Source: Thermoanaerobaculia bacterium (GTDB lineage Bacteria; Acidobacteriota; Thermoanaerobaculia; Multivoradales; UBA5704). Taken from it: DNA of 64,000 nt. Where the stretch lies: the NCBI GenBank assembly GCA_044226625.1, contig JBGAGQ010000001.1, positions 192,001 through 256,000 of the forward strand, written 5' to 3'. Made by a program: the position numbers and the translations under genes. Numbering within the stretch: the stretch's first letter is position 1; each line of letters opens with the position of its first letter. Of this stretch, positions 11,085 through 21,100 are shown in pieces. The notes below the pieces were generated by a model. The model saw only the letters and a program-made list of their open reading frames with translations, was not told the DNA's origin and made no database searches.

Positions 11085-11888
11085 ATGATCTTCATCGATC
11101 GGGATCGGCGGGACGACCAGGGGCGGCCGATCCGGCCTCCCGAGTCGTGGTTTTCCGACGCGGGCCGATGGACCACCGAAGCCAAGAGTGAAGGCCCCTC
11201 CCATGTCATTCAAGAAGGGGTTTACCGCCATCCCTTAGTTCGCCGCGCCCTCGAAGCCCTCTTCCATCGAAAGTGCGCCTACTGCGAAACGCCGCTCTCC
11301 GAAGTGGGCTGGGATGTAGAGCACTTTCGGCCGAAGGGCAAGGTGGCCAAACGCCCGGACCACCCCGGCTACTACTGGCTCGCCTACACCTGGGAGAACC
11401 TCTACCCCTCGTGCGGCCCCTGCAACAAGCGCCTCGAAGACAAGCCGACCTGGGAAGATCCGGAACCGGCCGAAACCGCGGGGAAGGCCGACCAGTTCCC
11501 GCTCGCCGACGAGGCGGAGCGCGCGATGGGGCCGGACGGCGAGATTCGGAACGAGCGCCCTCTCCTGCTCGATCCGTGCGCCGACCAGCCGGAGGAGGTG
11601 CTGCGCTTCTCGCCGGTCGGAGAGATCGAGGCGGTCAGTGACCATCCGCGCGCGAAGGCGTCGATCGAGGTTTTCCACTTGACCCGTCGGCGGCTCCGCG
11701 ATCGACGTCGAGAGCAGATCCTCCTGGTCGTACTTATGCTCAAAGCTCTCGGCAATTTCAAGAAAACCGACCCCGCCGCGGCATCGGAGTTCGAGGCCGA
11801 GATCGAGGAGAAGATCTTCGCCGACTCCTCCCCCTTCGCCGCCGCGGCCCGAAACGTCCGCCGCGACCCGGACGCGTTCGGGGTCTGA
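11085..11888 (+). CDS. HNH endonuclease, Septu PtuB/TIGR02646-like
   Basis: KCAYCE, DVEHFRPK, YYWLAYTWENLYPSCGPCN, LLLDPC; 24 nt downstream of the ATPase. Confidence 0.8.
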   Translation: MIFIDRDRRDDQGRPIRPPESWFSDAGRWTTEAKSEGPSHVIQEGVYRHPLVRRALEALFHRKCAYCETPLSEVGWDVEHFRPKGKVAKRPDHPGYYWLAYTWENLYPSCGPCNKRLEDKPTWEDPEPAETAGKADQFPLADEAERAMGPDGEIRNERPLLLDPCADQPEEVLRFSPVGEIEAVSDHPRAKASIEVFHLTRRRLRDRRREQILLVVLMLKALGNFKKTDPAAASEFEAEIEEKIFADSSPFAAAARNVRRDPDAFGV

Positions 11889-13860
11889 GCCTCGGCCAGC
11901 TTCTCGCCGCCTCGTACCCTCGCGGCGCCAACGCATCCCAGATCTCTGAGCCGGGGACGATACCGATCCGCGCGAGCGCCAGCGCGGAGTCGATCCGCGA
12001 TGCCGTTTCGACGGTCTCGTCCCCGACCATCTGGCCGAGAAGCGGCAAGATCGGTCGCGCCTGCTCTTCTCCGAGGGCGGGCAACAGATCGAGCAACCTC
12101 TTCCGGCGGGCCGGATCTTTTTCACCACCCAGAGTCTCTTTCATCCAATCCCGAGCCGCCTCGGGGTCGCCCGCGAGCAGCGCGCCCGCGAGCCGGCCGA
12201 ACGCCCCGGCCGCCTCTTCCCGCGAGAGACGCTCGATCAACCGCTGCCGCACCTGGCCGCGCAGGTCGTCGCCAAGCTGAACGTCCTCGGCGAGCGCGAG
12301 CCCGGCGATTTGCAGCGCCGCCCCTTCCTCAGATCCCTCGGCGTCGTTCTCAAGCAGCGCTTTGACAAGCTCCTGCGCCCGGGCGGTCGGGGCTTTCCCC
12401 GCGGCGATCAGAATCACCTCCCGCCACCCTTCCTCGCCCGCGTGGGAGAGCAGCAGGTCGTCCCGCTCGTGCTCGACGATCCAATCCGCGGCGAGCGCGT
12501 CGTGGAGCGCGCGGTGGGCGAAGCCGTAAAGCCCGAGCTTCAGCTCGACCAGCACGCCGGAGCGCTCTTCGACTTGCCGAACCAGCGCGTCCGCTTCGAC
12601 AGCCGCCTTGATCCTTGGCAGCAAGGGCGAAACGACCTGTTCCAGCGCCGGCAGATCCGCCTCGAGGACGTCGCTTTCCAGGTAGTGGAACGCGATCGCC
12701 TTCAGGACCATCAACTTTTCTTTGAGCGTCGGCCCGGCGATCTGGAGGCCCTTGTCGCTCTTGTCCCACTGTTCGAGCAGGATGCGCAGGCAATCCTCGT
12801 AGAGAGCGGCGCGCCCCTCGGGGAGGTCGGTGCGCCGGTGGTAGTGAACCAGGGTGATCAACGAAAGAAGGAGCGGCGTGCGCGAGATCCGCAGCAGGTT
12901 GTCGTTCTTCGCGAGCGCGTTCCACAGCTCTCCCGAACGATCGGCGGCTTCCTTGCGTGCCCGCTCTTCCACCGCCTGGATCTGGTCTTTCCGTGGCCGA
13001 GCGCCGAGCAGGTTCACGTCCTTGGCGCGCAGCACCTCCCGATACCAGACGCCCAGGAACTTCCGGATGTCGTCGGCGTCCAGCTCCTGCACCTCAAAAG
13101 TCTCGAAGCCGTGGTCGATCAGTTGATTCCGCCAGCCGGCGAGGCGGCAGGTGACGACGAAGAGGTTGTCGGGAAACTGCGACGACAGCCGCTTGATCTC
13201 CTCGATGGCCCGTGCGTGGCGCGTCTCGTCGAGCACCTCATCCAAACCGTCGAGGAGCACCGCGCAACCTCCGCCGCGCAGCCAGCGCTTGGGATGCCAG
13301 TCGGGCACCTCGGTGAGCGGCACCGACGCACGGAGGAGCGAGATCAGGTCCTCCTTTCCCGGCGTACCGAGCTCGCGTAGCCGTGCGACCAGCGGAACCG
13401 GGTTGCCGAGCGCCGTGCGGAGCGGATGTTCGACCTCGCCCGCGAGGACGAGCACGAGGTAGTCGAGGAGCGTGGTCTTGCCCGCGCCAGGGGCGCCGAG
13501 AATCACGACTCGCTTGCGATTCCGGGAGAGCGCGTCGCTCCAACCCATCTTCGGCCCGTCCTCTTGCCCGGCCGCCACCCGCAAAGAGATGAACACCTCG
13601 CGCAGGCGCGGCGGATGGAGGTCCCCCTGGTTGTAGATCCCGATCAGCTTGAGCCGCCCGTGGCGCTCGACCATCGCCGAGAGATACCTCCCGCGGAAAC
13701 GGGCGCCCTGACCGTGGGCGGTCGCGACGAGCCAAGCCGTGAGCTTCTGGCCAGCGTCCCTCGCAAAGTCGCGAAGGGTCGGCCCGAGTAAGACCGTAAA
13801 GAGAGCGATGACCAACCCAACGATCACAGCATCGCCGTGCTCCGCCCAGAAGCTCTGCAT
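11758..13860 (-). CDS. NACHT-domain STAND NTPase with N-terminal transmembrane helix; C-terminus possibly truncated
   Basis: GAPGAGKTT, VLLDGLDEV, VTCR, TPLLL, FAHRALHD, WREVI; last ~130 nt overlap the convergent HNH gene. Confidence 0.75.
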   Translation of the reverse strand: MQSFWAEHGDAVIVGLVIALFTVLLGPTLRDFARDAGQKLTAWLVATAHGQGARFRGRYLSAMVERHGRLKLIGIYNQGDLHPPRLREVFISLRVAAGQEDGPKMGWSDALSRNRKRVVILGAPGAGKTTLLDYLVLVLAGEVEHPLRTALGNPVPLVARLRELGTPGKEDLISLLRASVPLTEVPDWHPKRWLRGGGCAVLLDGLDEVLDETRHARAIEEIKRLSSQFPDNLFVVTCRLAGWRNQLIDHGFETFEVQELDADDIRKFLGVWYREVLRAKDVNLLGARPRKDQIQAVEERARKEAADRSGELWNALAKNDNLLRISRTPLLLSLITLVHYHRRTDLPEGRAALYEDCLRILLEQWDKSDKGLQIAGPTLKEKLMVLKAIAFHYLESDVLEADLPALEQVVSPLLPRIKAAVEADALVRQVEERSGVLVELKLGLYGFAHRALHDALAADWIVEHERDDLLLSHAGEEGWREVILIAAGKAPTARAQELVKALLENDAEGSEEGAALQIAGLALAEDVQLGDDLRGQVRQRLIERLSREEAAGAFGRLAGALLAGDPEAARDWMKETLGGEKDPARRKRLLDLLPALGEEQARPILPLLGQMVGDETVETASRIDSALALARIGIVPGSEIWDALAPRGYEAARSWPRLRPRTRPGRGGRFGPRRRRGRSRRRSSPRSRPRTPMPRRGRFS

Positions 13861-14021
13861 GCTCGTTCCTCGAAGAGAGGATGCGAGAATATCGAAGATC
13901 GGTTCGTTCAGGGCGCGGCGGCAGCCCACCGCACGAGGCTAGGCCTCCGGCAAGAAACTACCCCTCGGGATGTCGCTGGAGTACCGGCAGCGGGAAGGTC
14001 CACACCCTACAGCAGGAGGGT

Positions 14022-14124
14022 CCGAGAAAACGATACTTTTCCGCCAATTTTTTTCTTCGCTTGCCGAAGGCGCCCAGGTAAGCCGCCGGAGAAAAAAGTT
14101 CTCCGAAAACTATCGTTTTCTCGG
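14022..14124. repeat. AT-rich 38-bp imperfect inverted repeat (long hairpin or MITE-like)
   Basis: 14022-14059 matches the reverse complement of 14087-14124 at 32/38 positions; 27-nt spacer. Confidence 0.8.
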
Positions 14125-14303
14125 GCACCCGAAGTGTAAGGTCGCCCTCGCTTCCTTCTGCGGTGCTGCACCCCCTGGGCTCGCCACGCTCCAGCATGGC
14201 GTTTTTGGCTTCGGCCGCGCGGCTGGTTCAGCGCAGAGATCGATGCCAGGCTGGAGCCTGGCGCGCCCAGGAAAAGCCTCCTCGCGCGCAGGCGATTCAT
14301 TTC

Positions 14304-14639
14304 CAGACCACGGGTGGCCCGGTCGGGATCGCCCCCTTTCCCGGCTAGATCACCGGTGTTCCCGACGAGCCAACCATCGGTCGCGACCAGTCCACCCGTG
14401 GTCGCGGCCCGACGACTTGTGGGCTCAGCGAAATCAGCGGTGTTCGCGTCCGGATCACCACTTCACCGACCGGGATCACCGCTATTCCGGCCCAGGCCAC
14501 CGCTGATTCGGACGAGATCACCCGTTGCCTCGCCCAGACCACTACGGATCTCGACCGGACCACCCCTGATCTGGCCGGGACCACCAGTGGTCCCGTTCCG
14601 ATCGGCTCCGGCATCGTCCAGGCCAACTCGCGGCTGCAG
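14304..14639. repeat. Degenerate 21-bp tandem array A (~16 units)
   Basis: Units in 21-nt register, e.g. cggatcaccacttcaccgacc, gggatcaccgctattccggcc, cggaccacccctgatctggcc. Confidence 0.65.
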
Positions 14640-14744
14640 CCGGGATCGCCTGGTGGGCCGACCGCCCAGCCGCTAGCCCTTGCAGCCAGGGCCATTTTCC
14701 GATCTGCTTACCCCCCAACTCGACCTCATAGGGAGAGCCTATCG

Positions 14745-16229
14745 ATGCGTGTAGCGTTCGCGTTGATCCTGACCTTCCTCGGTTGCGCCTCGGCGTGCGC
14801 CGGGGCCGCTCCGCCGAAGACGACCGCGGCGACGAAACCGGTTGCAGCCGCTGCGGCGAATTCCGACCCGTACCCTTCCACCTATAAGCCGCTGCCGTCG
14901 CAGACCACGCTGATCCGCGGCGCGACGATTCTCACCGCGGCCGGGCCGCGGATCGAGAACGGTTCGGTGTTGTTAGAGGACGGCAAGGTGAAGGCGGTCG
15001 GCTCGGCGACCGCGGCGATCGAGGTGCCGGCGGGGGCGACGGTGATCGACGCCGCGGGCAAGTGGGTGACCCCGGGGATCATCGACATCCATTCGCACCT
15101 CGGGGTCTACCCTTCCCCGGGGGTCGACGCGAACTCGGACGGCAACGAGGCGACCGAACCCGTGACCGCCGACGTGCGGGCGGAGCATTCGATCTGGCCG
15201 CAGGATCCGCAGTTTCCGCTCGCTCTCGCCGGAGGCGTCACCTCGATGCTGATCCTTCCCGGCTCGGCGAACCTGATAGGCGGCGTCGGCGTGGCGGTCA
15301 AGAACGTCCCCGCCCGGACCGCCCAGGCGATGAAGTTCCCCGGCGCGCCCTACGCACTCAAGATGGCTTGCGGCGAAAACCCGAAGCGGGTCTACGGCAG
15401 CAAAGGGCGGATGCCCTCGACGCGGATGGGCAACCTCGCCGTCACGCGTGAGGCGTGGATCGAGGCGACCGAGTACCGCAAGGAGTGGCAGGACTATAAG
15501 GACAAGCTCGCGCGGGGCGAGAAGGGCAAGGACGGCCACGACCCCGAGCCGCCGGAGCGCGACCTTGAAAAGGAGACGCTCGCCAAGGTCCTCTCGGGCG
15601 AGATCCTGGTGCAGAACCACTGCTACCGGGCCGACGAGATGGCGAACATGATCGATCAGGCGAAGGAGTTCGGCTACAAGATCACCGCGTTCCACCACGC
15701 GGTCGAGTCGTACAAGATCGCCGACCTGCTCGCCAAGGAAGGGATCTGCTCGGCGATGTGGGCCGACTGGTGGGGCTTCAAGATGGAGGCGCTCGACGGC
15801 ATCCGCGAGAACGTCGCGTTGGTCGAGCGGGCCGGCGCCTGCGCCATCGTCCACTCCGATTCGGCCGACGGCATCCAGCGTCTGAACCAGGAGGCCGCGA
15901 AGGCGATGGCCGCCGGCAACCGCCTGACCCGCGACGAGGCCGCGGAGGGGCATCCAGGCGGCCTCAAGCTCGCCGAGGAGGACGCCATCCGCTGGATCAC
16001 GATCAATCCGGCCAAGGCGATGGGCGTCGGCGACCGCACCGGTTCGCTCGAGCCCGGCAAGATGGCGGACGTGGTGATCTGGAGCGGCGATCCGTTCTCG
16101 GTCTACGCACGCGCCGAGCAGGTCTTCATCGACGGCGCAAAGGTCTACGACCGAAACGATCCCGCACACCAGCCGCGGACCGACTTCGAGCTCGGGCTGC
16201 GCGACGCGCGAACCGGAGGTGGCCGATGA
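14745..16229 (+). CDS. Secreted metal-dependent amidohydrolase
   Basis: Signal peptide; PGIIDIHSH, KMACGENPKR, HSDS, TINPAK, GSLEPGKMADVVIW. Confidence 0.85.
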   Translation: MRVAFALILTFLGCASACAGAAPPKTTAATKPVAAAAANSDPYPSTYKPLPSQTTLIRGATILTAAGPRIENGSVLLEDGKVKAVGSATAAIEVPAGATVIDAAGKWVTPGIIDIHSHLGVYPSPGVDANSDGNEATEPVTADVRAEHSIWPQDPQFPLALAGGVTSMLILPGSANLIGGVGVAVKNVPARTAQAMKFPGAPYALKMACGENPKRVYGSKGRMPSTRMGNLAVTREAWIEATEYRKEWQDYKDKLARGEKGKDGHDPEPPERDLEKETLAKVLSGEILVQNHCYRADEMANMIDQAKEFGYKITAFHHAVESYKIADLLAKEGICSAMWADWWGFKMEALDGIRENVALVERAGACAIVHSDSADGIQRLNQEAAKAMAAGNRLTRDEAAEGHPGGLKLAEEDAIRWITINPAKAMGVGDRTGSLEPGKMADVVIWSGDPFSVYARAEQVFIDGAKVYDRNDPAHQPRTDFELGLRDARTGGGR

Positions 16230-17554
16230 ACCGGCGCGACAGGAAGGACACCGAACCGGGGCTCTCGTGGACGCCGGTCGTCGCCTTCGTGGCGGCGCTC
16301 GCCCTCGTCCTGGGCTGGGCGGCTCCGGCGCTCGCCGCGGCACCGATCGCGATCGTCAACGCGACGATCCACACGATGGGAGCGGCGGGGCGGATCGACC
16401 GCGGGACGGTGTTGATCGAAGACGGCGCGATCCGCTCGGTGGGAGCGGCCGCCGACATCGCGATTCCCGCCGGGGCGACGCGGATCGACGCCGCGGGCAA
16501 GGTGGTGACGCCGGGTCTGTTCGACTCGCTTTCGCGCATCGGGCTGGTCGAGGTGAACCAGGTCGACGCCACGGTCGATGCCGCGAGCGACGACGATCGG
16601 ATCACCGCGGCGCTCTCGGTCGCCGACGCCCTCAACCCGGCGTCGACGCTGATCGCCATCAACCGCATCGAAGGGCTCACCCATGCCCTCGTGGCGCCGG
16701 AGCTGGGCAAGAGCCTGATCGCGGGCCAGGCGGCGGTGATCCGCCTCTCCGGATCCGATCTCGTGATCTCCTCCCCCGCCGGGATGCTCGCCGTCCTGGG
16801 CGAGGCGGGCGCCGAGCGAGCGGGCGGCTCGCGCGCCGCGGCGCTGCTGCTGCTCCGCGAGGCGCTCGCCGACGCGCGCGACTGGGCCGAACACCGGGCC
16901 GATTGGGAGAAAGGCGCGCGCCGCGCGTACGCGCTCTCGCGGCTGGACCTCGAAGCGCTCGGACCCGTGGCCCGCGGCGAGATCCCGCTGATCGTCATCG
17001 CCCATCGCGCGAGCGATCTTTCGGCGGCTCTCCGCTTCGCCAAGGAGGAGAAGCTCAAGCTGATCCTCGCGGGCGCCGACGAGGGTTGGCAGGTGGCGAA
17101 AGAGATCGCCGCGGCGAACGTGCCGGTCCTACTCAACCCCCTCGACGACCTGCCGGGGAGCTTCGAGGCGCTCGGCGCGACGCTCGAAAACGCGGCGCGG
17201 ATGAAGGCGGCGGGAGTGCGGATCGCATTCGCGACCTTCGACGCGCACAACGCCCGGAACCTGCGCCAGGCCGCGGGCAATGCGGTCGCGAACGGCCTCC
17301 CCTGGAACGACGCGCTCGCCGCGATGACGATCGAGCCGGCGAAGATCTGGGGGGTGGCCGATCGTCTCGGCTCGCTCGAAGCGGGCAAGCGGGCCGACCT
17401 CGTGATCTGGGACGGCGACCCGCTGGAAGTCACGTCGTTTCCCGAGCGGGTGTTTCTCGACGGCGACGAGATCCCGATGCGCAGCCGGCAGCTGGAACTC
17501 CGCGACCGCTACCGCGGTCTGACGGACCATGGAGCGAGCCCACCCCGGCCGTGA
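16226..17554 (+). CDS. Amidohydrolase family protein, partner lacking the HxH metal motif
   Basis: ATGA overlap with the previous gene; PGLFDSLS in place of DxHxH; GSLEAGKRADLVIWDGDP. Confidence 0.8.
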   Translation: MNRRDRKDTEPGLSWTPVVAFVAALALVLGWAAPALAAAPIAIVNATIHTMGAAGRIDRGTVLIEDGAIRSVGAAADIAIPAGATRIDAAGKVVTPGLFDSLSRIGLVEVNQVDATVDAASDDDRITAALSVADALNPASTLIAINRIEGLTHALVAPELGKSLIAGQAAVIRLSGSDLVISSPAGMLAVLGEAGAERAGGSRAAALLLLREALADARDWAEHRADWEKGARRAYALSRLDLEALGPVARGEIPLIVIAHRASDLSAALRFAKEEKLKLILAGADEGWQVAKEIAAANVPVLLNPLDDLPGSFEALGATLENAARMKAAGVRIAFATFDAHNARNLRQAAGNAVANGLPWNDALAAMTIEPAKIWGVADRLGSLEAGKRADLVIWDGDPLEVTSFPERVFLDGDEIPMRSRQLELRDRYRGLTDHGASPPRP

Positions 17555-17940
17555 CCTTGCCACCGACCCTGCTGATCGTCGACGACGAGGAGATGCTGCG
17601 CGAGCTGGCGCGGGAGATCCTCGTCGCCGCCGGGTACGAGGTTCGAACCGCGAGCGGCGCCGAGGCCGCGCTGGCGCTCGCGGCCGACCGCCCTCCGCGG
17701 CTCCTGATCACCGACGTCTGCCTGCCCGACCTGGGGGGCCCGGAGCTCGCGGCGCGGCTCCGAGCGGAGCATCCGCGGATGGGCGTCCTGTTCGTCTCCG
17801 GCCATCCTCTCGCGGTCGCGAACCGCGAGATCGAGAGCGTCGGCGCCTCGGGAGAGTTCCTCCAGAAGCCCTATTCCCGCGAGGCGCTCGTGAGCTCCGT
17901 GGCGCGCGCCGTGGCCCGGACCGTCGAGCCTCCCGGCTGA
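17551..17940 (+). CDS. Single-domain response regulator receiver
   Basis: LIVDDE, LLITDVCLP, FVSG, FLQKP; GTGA overlap with the upstream stop. Confidence 0.85.
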   Translation: MTLPPTLLIVDDEEMLRELAREILVAAGYEVRTASGAEAALALAADRPPRLLITDVCLPDLGGPELAARLRAEHPRMGVLFVSGHPLAVANREIESVGASGEFLQKPYSREALVSSVARAVARTVEPPG

Positions 17941-18118
17941 CGTCCCGATCTCGCAATTGATCGACACTTGAGTCTTGATTTCGTGACCATCCCTCGAGCC
18001 CCCGAGCGAACGATCCGGGCTCGAGGCAGCTCCCCGAAGGGGACCTCCCCTGAATCCTGACCTAGCCCGAACTTCTCACCGAGTTTCTGCTGCGGCGGAG
18101 AATCTGCCCGCGCCTGCT

Positions 18119-21100
18119 GTGTTGGCGGCTCGGCAAGCTCTCGCCGCGGCGTCCGCGATCCTCTTCACGATCGCCTCCGGATGCTCGCCCCGCCCCGTCC
18201 ATTCTCCCGACGGCGCGGTCGTGATCCTCGAGGTCCAGGCCGGCGGCGCCGGCGAGACCGCTGGCCTCCTCGCGGGCGACCGGATTCTCACGCTGCACCG
18301 GCTCGCCTCGCGGCCCGCCAATCCGGGAGAGGTCGAGCTCGAGCCCTCGTCCTGCCTCGCCGTCGCGCTCTTCGAGCTCGAGCAGGGTCCGCGCGGCCCG
18401 GTCGAGATCGAGGTCGAGCGCGGCGCGGCCGCCGGCGGCAAGGCGGTCCGAAGGAAGCTCACCCTCGAAGCCGACGAATGGCGGTTGAAGCTCGGCAGCG
18501 AGCATCCGACCACGCCCGCCGCGCGCGCCTGGGAGCACGTGCGGCTCGCCGGGAACGCGGCCGATGCCCATCGGCCGCCCGACGCCGAGGCCGAGTACGC
18601 CGCCGCGGAAAAGATCGCCCGGGCTCAGAAGGACGAGCGACTGCTCGCGCTGATCCACCAGCGCCGGGCCGACGCTCGGATCGGGGCGAACGACCTCGAG
18701 GGGGCGCTGGGCGACATTCGAGCGGCCGTGGCGATCCGCGATCGCCTGGACCCCGGGTCGCTCCTCGCCGCGCAGGCGTGGTCCGCCCTCGGGCGAGTCC
18801 GGAACCGCCGCGAAGAGCTCGATCTCGCGATCGAAGCGCTGAACGTCGCGCTGCGCATCCAAACCGCGCACGCGCCCGGGAGCCTCGTGCTCGCGAGCAC
18901 GGAGAACAACCTCGGTTTGAACGCCGGCATCCGGGGCGAGGTCGACGAGGCCGACCGCCACTTCCGCGCGGCGCTCGCGATCGCCGAGCGCAAGATGCCC
19001 GAGGGGCGGGTCACCGCCTCGCTGCTGATCAACCTCGGCAACGTCGCCCGGCTGCGCAGCCGGCTGGACGAGGCGGAGCGCTTCCAGCGCCGCGCCTTCG
19101 GCCTCTGGCGGCGCATCGAGCCGACCTCCGCCCGGCTGCCCGACATCCTCCTCAATCTCGCGAACATCGCGATGGCGCGCGGCGATCTCGAGCGCGCCGA
19201 GCGGCTGGTGCAAAACTCCGTCGCCTCCAACCGGGTGCTCGGCCTCGAAGGGGCGCCCGTCGCCGGTGCGCTCGCCGCGCTCGGGCTCATCGCCGAACGG
19301 CGAGGCGACCTGGCGGAAGCCGAGGCGCACCACCTCGCGGCGCTCGAAATCCTGTCGCGCATCTCGCCGGAAGGGCCTTCGGTCGCCCGCGCGCTCACCA
19401 ACCTCGCGACCGCGGCGAACGGCCAGGGCGCCTTCGCGCGGGCTCGGAATTACGGCGAGAGGGCGCTCGCGCTCCATCGCAAGATCTCGCCTCAATCGCA
19501 GATCCTCGCCTTCGACCTTGTCAACCTCGCCGAAATCGCGATCAGCGAAAAGAAGGAGGCGCTCGCCCGCGCCAGGATCTCCGAGGCGCTCGCGCTTGCC
19601 GAAAGCCTCCCGCCGACCTTGGACGCCGCGGCGTCCCTCCGTCGCGGCCCCGATCTATTGCTCGATCTCGGCACCCCCGCCGATCTCCGCCTCGCCGAAA
19701 AGGCGCTCGGTCGGGCGCTGGCGATCTACGAGCGCTCCGCCCCGGGGACCGTCGAGCACGCCGACGCGCTCGGCCTGCTCGGGCGGCTCGAGAGGCGGCT
19801 CGGCCGGCTGGCCGAGGCGGAGCGTCACCTCTCCCAGGCGCTCGACGCGCTCGACCGAAGCGTCCGCCGCCTCGGTGGCTCCGAACTCGACGAGACGCGA
19901 TTCCGCGCCCGATTCGCCCTTCTCTATCAAGAGGCGATCGAGCTCGCGGTCGAACGGGGCCAGGCGCGAGAGGCCTACCGAACGCTCGAGCGTTTCCGCG
20001 CCCGCAGCCTGCTCGACCTGCTCGGCGAGCGCGACCTCGCGCCGCCCGCCGAGATCCCTGCCGATCTGGCCGAGCTGGGACGGCGCGTCGACGCCCGCAT
20101 CGCCCAACTCGAAGAGCGGATCGGCGCGCTCGATCCCGGCACCGAAGCGCCGAAGATCGACGAGCTGATCGCGGAGCGGGCGCGAGCCTTCGGCGAGCGC
20201 GAGGGGCTGCGCGCGAAGATCCGCCGCATCTCGCCGCGCTACGCCGCGACCGCCGCCCCGGTGCCGCTCGACTCCGCGGCGGCGCGCAAGACGCTCGCCC
20301 CGGACGAGGTGGAGCTCGCCTATTCGATCGGGCAACGACGGACCACGCTGTTCGTTCTGCTGCCCGAGGGTTTTCCGGGCGCCCCCTCGGAAGGCCTCGC
20401 GGTGGCCACGTTGCCGATCGGCCGCGACGCGCTCGGCCGGGAGGCCGCGGCGTTCCGGAGCCTCGCGCTCGCGGACCGAGGGCTCGGCGGCGACCGGTCG
20501 TTCAAGGCGGCCGCAGAGAGGCTGTTCGCCCTGTTGGTGGCCCCCGCTTCGCCCTGGATCGATCGGGCGGCACGCCTGCGCATCTCGGCGGACGGGCCGC
20601 TCGCCGCGCTCCCCTTCGCCGCGCTCGCGCCGCCAGGCGCCTCGGGCGGCTCGGTCTATCTGGCCGAGCGCTGGCCGACCACCTCGGTGCTGTCGGCGAC
20701 GCTCGCGGCCGAGCTCGGCCGGATGCGCGCGGATCGGCCCGCGGCCGAGGCCCTGATCGCCTTCGGCGATCCCCGCTACCCGGGTCCCGCGATCGCCGGC
20801 GCGAGCCGGGGTCCCCGCCCCTCGGTTCGCTTCCGCTCCGGGCTCTCACCGCTGCCGGCCAGCCGAGGCGAGGTCGAGCAGGTGGCGGCGTTGCTCAAGC
20901 CCGCGCGCGCGTTCCTCGGCGCGGAGGCGACGGAGGAGCGCTTCCTCTCCGAGGCGCCCCGGGGGCGGATCGTCCACTTCGCCGGCCACGCCCTGCTCGA
21001 TCCGCGCTTTCCGCTCGACTCGGCCCTGGCGCTGTCGGCGCCGCGGCGCCCGGCGCACCCGGGCGACGACGGCCTGCTCCAGGCCTGGGAGATCTTCGAG

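Noticed and set aside
9855-14124. Retron (Ec78-like) built from PtuAB plus the long hairpin as msd
   Set aside because: No reverse transcriptase motifs were found in the window, and the hairpin is separated from PtuAB by the NACHT gene
17992-18045. Hairpins between the receiver gene and CHAT copy 1 as a riboswitch or ncRNA
   Set aside because: Two short GC-rich stems only, with no recognisable family motif; could be a simple terminator
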